Positions 14,201 through 24,840 of a DNA stretch of 64,000 bases are shown here, in pieces. The stretch spans positions 1,328,584 to 1,392,583 of the forward strand of contig NMRA01000008.1 in the NCBI GenBank assembly GCA_002633005.1. Direction: 5' to 3'. The notes beneath the pieces were generated by a model that searched no databases, was not told the origin of the DNA, and was given only the letters and a program-made list of their open reading frames with translations. How positions within the stretch are numbered: the first letter of the stretch is position 1; every line of letters begins with the position of its first letter. A program made the position numbers and the translations under genes. The DNA comes from Phoronis australis. Taxonomy: Eukaryota > Animalia > Phoronida.

Positions 14201-16393
14201 TTGAGTGAAAATGTATCTGTGGAAAAGATGTGTTACACGTACCTTCAGCAGTACTAAATTCTTTTGAGCACACGTTTTCGAAGAGTTGATCTCTCGAAGA
14301 CTTTTCTGTCGACGCAACTCGGCAAAAATAACGGTCACTGCGGTAAAGTTGTGCGGGACCTTGTAACAGCAGGGTGGTGCCTTACCCTGTTTTGTGTGCG
14401 GGCGTTCCTAGTTTGCTCAAATCCGGCACTGAACCCACGTATGCATCATTAGATGATTTGCTTTGACTTCAAATCCTAACTCCTTAGTGGCCGTGAAACC
14501 CCGGGGCAAGTGCAGTTAAGACGACCCTGTAGTTTAATGTTCACAGTTTCTAACTTAGGAGAAAACTGTCAAATCTGGGTTCGTCCCTTAAATGAGAAAT
14601 GGCGTCTTATTGCGATCCATCGATCATAACTTTACGTCTGAATATTTTGAAATTGGTCGCGGGTGACCACTCAATCTTTTCATAAAGTTTTGTGTCGAAA
14701 TTACGACTTTAAAATTTATGAACGTAGCCGGAAATTCAGGTAGAACAGGTCTCACAAAATACTGCAATATGCTGACCACACTGTATTAAGTCTAGATGAA
14801 TCTAATGACTCTCTGGATCTTCTGTCTGGTTGAAACCAAAGATGTAAAAAATTTATCTGAGTGGATATTCTACGAAACCTAATGACACATGATTGGTGAA
14901 AGGAAAGAAAACTGACCAAAAAGTTACATTTCTCTAGTCTTGGTTTAACTCGACTCACGAGGAGAACAAATTGACGGAAGTTGAGCTAACTTTTTGTTCA
15001 TGGTCCAAGCGGTCTTTAACCACGTAGAGGGCAAATCAACAATAGTTCATGCATGCTAGCTAATTTAATTCATCTCTTAGAAGGATTGCTTATGTCCATC
15101 ACAGTCAATGACTCAAAACTTAGAAGAAATGTTCTGCAAATTAAGTTTTTAATGAAAGGCTCGGGTTCACACCAGGCGAATCCCAAGATATCCATTTGTG
15201 CAAGCTTTAGGCTAGGGAATACTAAGAATTCGACCATCGTCATGCAGCAAACACCGAGTTAAAATGAAAACTCATCTCCTATCTCAAAGACGTTATTTTC
15301 ACAGAGAGGGCGAAGAAATTTCTAGCTGGCGATCATCAAATCCTGTTCCAATATTGGATTTCAAAATTTTGTAATATCAAGTCACGTGAGTCTGTCGTCG
15401 CGAGGGACATCCGCACTCCCACACAAGTTAACGATAGAAATAAACAAACAGGTGCGTTAACACGGACACGTTTAATGATGGTGATAATCAAATTTACGAC
15501 TTTCAAATCGGAACAATTCCTCGACCCCGATGAACAGCCATGCTGATAAAATATGTCAACGAACGATGCGGAAATTACAAGAATGAAACCATGTCCAGTT
15601 TTAGTAGTCACCGCACACAAATAATTCAATGGCTTACAGTACGACTATTTAACCATTCAATACGCTATTATTATTGTTTGGCTGACAGTATCACTGTCGT
15701 TGCCTGTCTTATATTTCTTTTCAGACTTCTTCGCAATGTACATGGGATATGACGTCACTAGAAACAACAGTACCAATGGCGCAACGTTAAATCAGTTTAC
15801 TGTTGATATTACGGATGCATTAGATCAATTATTTGTTTAAACTGCCAAATGATCATTATACCACAGTCAAAAGATAATGATATTGGCGGCTACAGTGGCA
15901 ACGCCAACCCTAAACCTTGAGTGACTGAATTTACAGTTCTGTCGGGAAATGATCCGCAAACCCCCCTACCTCTTTCCATCTGAATTGAGTGAGGGTAAGG
16001 GAAAATGTTACTCGTAGCAAAAACATTTGGGTGTGGTTATCAAAAGTTAAATCTGAAATTTCCTATTTGTCTTTATACAAAGAATTTGCGATCCCCCAAC
16101 TTAGAATAAGAACAAATCATCCAACTACAAGAGAAGTCAAGGCAATTTCAACAGTGAGTTCCGTTGCATGTATGTATTACTTCCTAACCCAAACCGCAGA
16201 GCGTTGCCTCAATACAAGGACAAGACGAACCAGTCAGAGAGTCATTAACAGGCTTCTTGTGGCGGGGAAAACTTAAGCGTCCACGGAACTATGCTATTCT
16301 CGGTGCTCAGTTGTAACAGATTCAACAAGAGAAGTGTAATTCCAGAAGTAGTGTAGAGAATAAACGTCTGGAAACGAAGCCTAAAAACAATCA

Positions 16394-16701
16394 CAGGGGC
16401 GGTAGGCGCCTGTGCCGTGCATGTGCCCCGTGGGTACTTGATCATACGGTATTTTGATGAGGCGAACGTGCCGCTGCCAAACCGACCAGAATACCCAATA
16501 CTTTTGAGAGACTGCACCTTCCACATTTCATAGAGAGTAAGCACTGAGGTACCTAATTTGTGAGCTCATTCGGGAGCGGTAGGAGCGGGTGGCGGGCACG
16601 TGCCCCCTGTGTATAGTTGACCTCACGGTATTTGGAAACGGCGCGCGTGCCGCTGGATAGCCAAGATGCCCAACATTTTTGACAGACTGCACCCCCCACT
16701 G
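16394..16701. repeat. Two diverged direct copies of a ~130-bp GC-rich MITE-like unit
   Basis: 16394-16524 and 16571-16701 share GCGGTAGG..GCA(T/C)GTGCCCC..ACGGTATTT..CGTGCCGCTG..CCCAA..TTTTGA.AGACTGCACC. Confidence 0.6.
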
Positions 16702-18171
16702 AGGGTAATATCGGGGAATGACGAATAGTCCTTTCATAGCTTTTATGCCAACACCTTTTGGGGCCGGTGTTTAAGTTGAATAAACGACCCTCCTTCAACT
16801 GATTCGTTTTAGTACAGCCAAAAGATGACCAAGGCAAACGTGAAACCGCCCTCTGCTGTACATGCACGCAGGTCTGTGGCAAAGTGAATGGAGCAAGATG
16901 CAAATCAAGAGGAAAACCTTTTCATGAGAGACTTCATCAGCAAGGGGCACACTTTCGTTGGAATATGAGACCGCTAACATTTGCCTCTCCCCCCCCCTCT
17001 CCTCGTGGCCGTAACAATTCGCACCGTCAGGAGCGAAATCGTGGTCACCTGGGCAGTGTGCGAAATGAATTTAGTTAAACGCGGTGGCTTGGCGGCATGA
17101 GAGAATTGGAAAGTTCACAAAGTTTGTCGATGAAAAACTCTCTTGCGCAGACTGATTTTAAATCATCACTCCAGTGACACTCAATAATGTCAAATGTGGC
17201 GGAGGGGTAATAATTATAGAGACTTCTTAGTTCAGACACTGACGGTTAGTTCTTATGTAATAAATTATCTTTAGCTTGCTTGATATTTCGACGACAAGCC
17301 ATATGAACCCAGCTGTACAATTAGTTCACTATCTTGTGATCGAGTTACACAGTTCGCCTTATCAAAATACATTCTATCGTGGGCAAAGCACGCTATAGTC
17401 AGGCCCGGTATTTCATGATTAAAGATTATTATTCCCGTGAGATGGGGCGGTCTTGCTTAGTAGTTATGCCCTATAATTAGGCTCACGTTCTTCTACTTAC
17501 AAATGTGCCCGGCAGAACGTTGAAAAGGAATCTTATTCAACAGACAAAAACAAACTGGAATATGCTCAAAGTAATTATAGCCATTGAGGATAACTAGAAC
17601 AGGAACTAACGTTTTTATTGTTTTGAACTCTCACTAATGTAAAATAAGAATATAATACTGAACTGAGACTACGAACAAGACAGGCTACAGTTCATCATGT
17701 CTAGTGAAACAAAATACGCATTAGTAGTATATGCGTACAGAGTACTAATATATAAAATGTACCGTTGTGTAGATCTTTTCGTGACCTCTTATTATAATCG
17801 ACTGGCGGGAAATGACAATTAGGGCACGCAAGGTCTCCTTTATTGCTTAAACTTTGACCCCCTTGAACTTTGCAACCACGTGGATAATGAAGATATTTCT
17901 AAGGACAGACTTTCGATTGCCCAATTGAATTCTGGTTTCAATCATTCAGATCAAATATCCCGACCATCGCCGATGATAGGCTGAGGTATCTTGAGCGACG
18001 AAAGAACAAAGGAAATTTTAGGCTGACGAATGACTTATAGAATACGAAGAGCATGGGACCCGTCGGGAAATTGAGCACAACTATGAGGCTAACTTTGAAA
18101 TCTATGGAAATTCTAAATTCCCTAGGCTGCAAATATATGTAACTAAAAATGTTGATTTGCAAGACAAAGTG

Positions 18172-18177
18172 TATAAA
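18172..18177 (+). promoter_or_regulatory. TATA box of the secreted cytokine-like gene
   Basis: gTATAAATa about 95 bp upstream of the ATG at 18267 (context gaaccATGc). Confidence 0.6.
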
Positions 18178-18266
18178 TACTGAAACAGACCTGCAGTTTT
18201 CATATTGTAACTCACAACAGAGAATTTTTCATAAACACAACACTGAGGAGATCGACTTCGAGAACC

Positions 18267-21200
18267 ATGCATATCGCTCGTAAGTACTGATGCCTATTTT
18301 TTCTAGTCCACGGCTTAAGGAGAGCAATTTGAAATGATTTCAAACTTATCTGAAACGATTGACAGTGGTTTCGCAATTACAAAAATCTACGAGTTTTGTT
18401 AAAAAAATGAGTCGGCTTTATTGTTGTTTTATAATTTATCAAGGGAATCGAAAATGTGAAGTCGTCAACTTCAAATTGTACAGTGTAGAGGACACTGAAA
18501 CCTCAAAAGCAATTAACGAAGGAACTCCACTCGGTCGACGTTGCTATCTTGTGCAACGCCGTCTTAGAAAATCATTTTGCTCGCGTTTTTGGGGCAGTGA
18601 ACCCATTGTTTTTTTGAATTTTTAATAATGCGAGTTGACGTTTCTAAATACACGATGAGTGCTCCTATTTTTTTTTGCTTGAACTGTTCACGATGTGAAC
18701 ACTTTACTTGGGCACTTTCATATGATCTTACCTACGTACTTACTTTAAGTTCAATAGTAAGGTCTGCCTCCGCATATTTAATTTACTTCGGTTTGAACGA
18801 GGATTTCGTGACGTTTATTGTAATTAACATTGTGTGATTTCGACGTTTGCAAGGCATTTTTCAAGTTATTCCTTAATAGCAATAATCAGTGCCGGCAGTC
18901 ATTTAGGGGTCCCGAGGCAACAACCCTTCAATAGATTTTACGGTCCGGCACTAATTATGTGAAATTTAAATGCCATCGGGTTCGGACTCAGCAAACCTTT
19001 GTGCCCCCAATGCTTTTTACCGTCCCGAGTTCTGAGAACAGTTATTATATTTCAGTGCTAGTAACCGTCTCATGTCTGAGTGCGATGTGTAGATCGCTGC
19101 CATTGACAGCTCACGGTACGGGAAACATCGCAACAACGCTAAACGTTATCACCAATACTACGGCATTCACAAAAATGACACCTCCGTCAACAGTCGCAAC
19201 GAACGACAAAGTTACTGCCAGTATTGCCGCTATCACACGGGCTACATTAACGACCCAGCCAAGCGAAGCCAACGGTGCTCAAAACGATCCCCTGCCTGAC
19301 AGTCAAAATAGCGTAGACACAGCTGGTACCATTGAAACGTTGCATGGTATCAAAAGGCAAGCCGACGCATTGTTAACACTTACCAGGGACATGCTGAACG
19401 AATACGTAAGTTACGTCATTATTATTACTCTAATTAAAACAGATAGTACTTCATGCTCGTGAACAAGGTTTTGTTCAGGCATACTGTTACAGCACTGATA
19501 TAGGAAAACTGCTAGAAAACGTCATGGACCTTGCGCTCCTACCGTACAAAAATCCGTTTGTCACTGATTTATAAAAAGAAGAGAGAAACAATACGCTCGT
19601 GTATTACCAAACCACTAACTGAAAAAGATCACAAAGGTGTACATTAACTTGAAGAAAATGGCCTTTAGGTGCCGACTTTCTCATGGAGAAGAAAACTGGT
19701 TTTGCAAAGGTCATCGGCTTTCAAGGAAAATACAGATTATTTCTTCTATTTCTCGGAATTTTGAGTTAACTGACATGCCGTTCTTTGCAGGCCTACTAGT
19801 CGCCATTTTGCATGCACTTTTTTCTACGTGAAAGATGAAAAAATTAAATTTTACCCGAGTCGTTTTTTGAGTTTGTCTCCATCGTTCGCAAAAATTAAAA
19901 CTAAATACAAACGATCTTAATTTATTACTAGCAAGTAGCAGTTAACAACTCACAAGAACGCAGACGATAGATTTCTTCGAAATATAAAAGCAAGCCAAAA
20001 AACTTCCCCGACCTTTTTCATTCCGGATGTCAAGTGATCTCGTGCTTTTGAAAAATTGGAGAGCGAAAATTCTCTCCAGATTTTATGAAATTAGTGCATG
20101 TTGCGACTAAATGTTTACTCACGCCTATAAGAACCAAATTATAAATTATAAAAATGATCAGGAAGTTGCTGCGTCAATCATGAGCGGGTTACTTTGACCC
20201 CTATCTGTCGAAATATCTCTTCACCAAGATACATCCTAGGCTAAGTCACGCCTTGCATTTACTTACTTCAGTATCAAAATAAGACGATCCACCTATACTA
20301 TCCACGTATTTCCTCACATAATGTACCCATCTGCGTACTGAGCTGAGATTATGGTCGCATAGGATCGAGAACAAACGAAACGTTTGCATCGAAGCTATTG
20401 GCGGCTACAAGAATGTAGGTCGCAAAACGTCAAGTTTTGCCAACTGACGTCATTTCGTTATAAACATAACTAGCTGGTAGAGGTACGACAAACGTTGTAA
20501 CACTCTGTACGATTTTCAGAGTGAAGAAATTTATGGTGACGACTTGAGCAATATAATGGACTACCATTGTCCCTCACATTGTACCGACGGCTGTTCAGGG
20601 GGTTGTCAAACCTGCATTATGCTAATCTGCCTCGACTTTTCTGAGGAGGTAAGTAAACCGTTATTTGTACATCCGTTCTCTTGATTTTTTTAGTGTTTCC
20701 ATTTCGTAGCAAAAATATTTATTTATAAAGTGTTGAGTTGTTGCGTTTTTTAGATAGATGGATAGATAGATTATTTATTTGTAATTGAAATGTATATCGT
20801 TTGTACACATTACAATACTTCGTAACAATACATTACGTAATAGCTTTACACAGTCGCAATTTTCTGTCTTTAGTAAGACCACATAAAAGGATTGTCTCTT
20901 GGTAAGGGTAATTATTTAATGCCTTTAAAAACTGGCGGACATTCCCAGTGTCTGTAAAGTCCCGGATATTCCTGGCAAAACACTAAACCCTACATCGTTC
21001 AAAACTTATCAATGGAGTACAAAGTTGTGTTTATATCTGTGAAATACCTAAGTGGGTCGTGCAGTCAAATCTTTGAAGTAAAAATTATCTTGTTGATTTG
21101 TTTGGGTTTAATCATAAAAATTCTTTGAATCGTATTTTTGGACAAGGTTTTGAATTATCGAAATCTGAAATCCGAATCTGACATTTCTGAGATATGATGT

Positions 21201-23066
21201 TCCAACATTAGCAATAACGTGGTGTAGATGCATAATTGATGTGAAATGCTGTCTCAGATTTTGCTTTAAAAAGCTACATTACGTAGAATACATCTTTCGC
21301 TATCCTTCTTGCTAAAAAGAACAATTACAAATTAAAAATAATTCCATTTCTCTCATTTTATGTCATTTTAAAACATAGAAGTAACAAGGTTGATCGAGAA
21401 ACATTGAAACATGATGTACGTTTCGCAAATTACACTCAGCCCTGCTTTTAAAGGGACATTGTCCTTTTACGTCCGAAAAACGCACCTTCGAGACTATTGT
21501 TGCATGGAATAGACATTTTGGAGTTGTTAGCTTTGACCAGAGGTATAAAGCAATGAAACCCATAAATCCGTTGTTTCTTGTGATTGTATTACAAGCGCCA
21601 ATTTTCAGATTTGATTCGTTTTTTCAAAAAATCTTATGCATAACTAAGTCGGATTTATTTAAATAAGAGTGGGAGTGATAAGTGAATTGTGATTTTATTA
21701 CAAATCGCCAACTCTCTACGTTGCCTGCCAGGCATTCGTTGATATTTCTCTGACTTTACCAGATAATACAATTAGAATTCGCCGCCATTTGCTGAGCGCG
21801 ATTCAGATCAGCAAGCAGAGCGTTTCGATGCGACGCGAGAGTTTCAAGTTGGATTTCGCTTTGGGATTGACTGAGATAGGCAGCAATGATTGATCTCGCC
21901 GGGTCAATAGGCTATTAATACGTCTTATTGGTTCGGCGGAACCAGCGAAGTGCAGCCATGCTTTGCCAAAAAGCCGCAAAACAGTCGCTGGATAGGACAT
22001 TACTAACTGCATTTGAATATTTTTTTCATTTCAAATAACAAGTAACGTAATTTGAAAAAAATAATTTTGTGTTGAGTACTCGCCATTTTTGCGTTCTTAG
22101 AACAGTAGAAGCACGGTAGTTAAATGCAGGGGAGGTAATCGTGATCTTTCAAATTGGCGCGCTTTCGAGAAGGTCAATTTTTAAAATGATGCTGTTTGAA
22201 CTAAAATAACTTTTTTCTCTTATTTCATAGAAAACCCCATAGGCATCAAATTAAAACATGAATGAAATGTGAACTGTGTAACTTTTTGTGTAGAAATTAA
22301 AGCGCTAAAATTTGAAATAATCAAAATGTAGAAACAAATAATTACGCCGCGGCGTAAGAAAATCAGTAAACCGGTGAATTGGCGACAGAACTAAGTTTAG
22401 CAACCCATCAAAGACAATAAATATCGTTGCCTGCTAACATTTGCGAGTTCAAGGTTGCAATACCCAGTTCCAATTTGTACGAGTAGGTTAATTTTCTTTC
22501 GGCGTTTTGAGCCGCATCAAAAACTGTGGTTGTGGATATTTGTCACTCCCGAGGCGATGGCATGTGGACACGATATCTGCGAATTTAAATCGAGAATATA
22601 CTATTACAGGACATTGCTTCGACCACCAATAAATTTATTATAAGAGAAACATTAAGCACAAAGCTGGAACACTGATCATAAGGGGTTTCTCAACTAGTCT
22701 ATTTCTTGTTTTTAGTATGGCACCATGGTAATCCAAGCAAGCACGTACCTTGAGTCGCTACTCCCTCTGGTGGGAGAGTTGACAAGAATTGACATCATCA
22801 GAAGTAGAATGCCGAACCTCCGCACATACGCCATTTTTCTAGAGGACTTTCTGTGGACCATTAATAGTATTGTCAAACAACCTGTCTCCTCAGGTTGGAT
22901 TATCAGCGCTAAGGACTCGGTTCAGAGGCTACAAAGCATACTTCCTGTGACGAAACCTCACAGATTTGTTGGGTTGTTGAAGTCGGTTTCCAGAGTGTCA
23001 CAAGTAGTAAGCGACCAGACGAGTCGTCAGATGAGTAATAATCTTTTCCCACAGCCTTCCAATTAA
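18267..23066 (+). CDS. Secreted ~280-aa orphan protein, putative long-chain four-helix-bundle cytokine (IL-6/LIF/CNTF-like); 4 exons
   Basis: Exons 18267-18279, 19056-19405, 20520-20648 and 22716-23066, all GT-AG (three GTAAGT donors), intron phases 1,0,0. They join into an uninterrupted 843-nt ORF. Order of parts: signal peptide MHIALLVTVSCLSAMCRS|LP, Thr-rich spacer, amphipathic segment TIETLHGIKRQADALLTLTRDMLNEY, Cys-rich loop, three further Leu-rich amphipathic segments. TATAAA at 18172. The gene model is well supported; the cytokine identity is inferred. Confidence 0.8.
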
Positions 23067-23103
23067 CAAGACGTTTAAGATCAACGGTTATGCATAATAT
23101 TGA

Positions 23104-23186
23104 ATTTATAGTTATCTATTTTTACACGCAAGTTTACTTATTTATTGTCACCATCTTTTTCTGTAATCAGCATTTCTGATTAAGAA
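23104..23186 (+). promoter_or_regulatory. AU-rich element and hairpin in 3'UTR of the cytokine-like gene
   Basis: ATTTA at 23104, nonamer TTATTTATT at 23138-23146, and hairpin TAATCAG-cattt-CTGATTA at 23164-23182, starting about 40 nt after the stop codon. Confidence 0.45.
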
Positions 23187-24749
23187 TATCTATTATCGTT
23201 GATTCATACATGCATGCATATAACGCCGAATTCAAACGAGTTGGATTACCGATCCTCTGCCACGAATTTTGACTTTCTTGAAACAAAAATCACTTGCAGT
23301 GCCTTAACCAACTTCGTCCAAAGACTCAAACGAGACAGTCAGTGGCGTTGTCTAAAATGGTTTTGAACAATTCCCAATCCTCTAGAGGTCCCCCTTGGTA
23401 TAAACGTTTCAAAATTTTCCATCCAAAATTTCTAAATTTTATTTCCTTTTTTTATTCCTCATCAGGTAATTGAAACTAATGTTTGTTCTGCACTGAATTA
23501 GGTAACGAAATTGACCAATCGTAAAGTTGCTGAGTGGTTCTGTCAAGTGTCAGTTCGACCCTGGGCCTGTGGTCTGCCTCGTTGAATAAAAACTCGCTAA
23601 TCCCATTACTGTAAATGGTGGCCTTATGAATGTTGTGCAGTTTAAATGGGTGATCGATAGTTCCCAGTGAAGCATAATACGTTCAAGTGCATTGCTGAAA
23701 AGTATCAATATTTTATTTTTGTTTTCATATTGTTTAAACATATACTTATGTATTTTTACTGCGTTTTTATAGTTAATGTAAACTGAGGTATCATTGTCAC
23801 AATGCAACAGTTTCTTACTAAAAAGAAAACCCAGCCATGTCACTATGGTTTTGCCAAAATCATTCACAAAGTTTGTGAAGAAAGAGTAACTATTATATAG
23901 TTCCGTATCGTTAGTGATCCCACGAATCGTGCATGTATTAACTAGAATATAGATTTTGTATTGCAGAGTAGCTAATAGTTTGTATTTTATGGTATAGAAA
24001 TGTGTATCACTGCTTACTTTACAAAATAAAAACAACATCGTTTTGATCAGAACGACTTATTGCTTTTGTCCAGTCTCTGAGATGCGAATCGTGTGTGAGC
24101 AAGGGGCTTGACTAGGGGTCAAACCTTATGCGCTGTCGGGAGTTCATTCTCACCGATAGATGGCTACCTGGTCGACTTATTTTCTCGAACGTCTCTTCGT
24201 CGGCGTCACGGTAGTCAGCACCAATAAAGACAAATTTTTATTCTGGTTAAGCCTGTGACTCTAAACGTCCTTAGCGCGGCAGTATCGCCGGGCTTTAACA
24301 TTTTTCGTTAACTAAAACTTCAAAATTGAGCCTATAAAATGTGCTCGTGGTAACTAAAACCAAACATCTGTACTCTTCAGCACGAGTTATTTGATACAAG
24401 TGCCGTGTATCCCGAGAGCAATGCACAGGAGCGAAGCTTAGGCGCACTCGCCTATCGAAACAGTTTCGGAACAATTTTCTTTGACTCATCATATAGTGGA
24501 GTCGTATACAGGCGCATGGGGGCCAGACCTTGCCAAGGTTGAGCGGCTGTTTAAAAATGCCCATGCCCAAAAAAGAACACTTCACGTGTTGTGCTGGTGT
24601 ATTGGCTGACCCAGGCCACAGTAAATGCGTATCGCCGACTCCCGTTTACTACCGTAAGCCAACACTCAGTGCGTGTACCAGTCGCCACCCGACTAGAGCG
24701 ACGTCTTTCGGGAAAACCAAATTTCTTTGGTGTTGGAGGTAACCGGTAG

Positions 24750-24782
24750 TGACGTCATTGCGTGGCGCTTGTGCGCATATGC
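24750..24782 (+). promoter_or_regulatory. WDR54 proximal promoter motifs (palindromic CRE; NRF1-like TGCGCAT)
   Basis: TGACGTCA at 24750-24757 and gtgcgcatatg about 60-90 bp upstream of the ATG. Confidence 0.35.
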
Positions 24783-24840
24783 CGATTATTGACATTGGTT
24801 TCCTTGGGCGCTTTGCTTTTGGGAGAAGCACACAATTACG

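Noticed and set aside
18959-19055. ORF-track N-terminus MKFKCHRV... as the start of the secreted protein
   Set aside because: It begins at GTG and lies in intron 1; the acceptor at 19055 and the upstream ATG exon give a proper signal peptide.
23550-24038. 162-aa minus-strand ORF
   Set aside because: AT-rich composition with no motifs; it is antisense to the probable 3'UTR of the cytokine-like gene.
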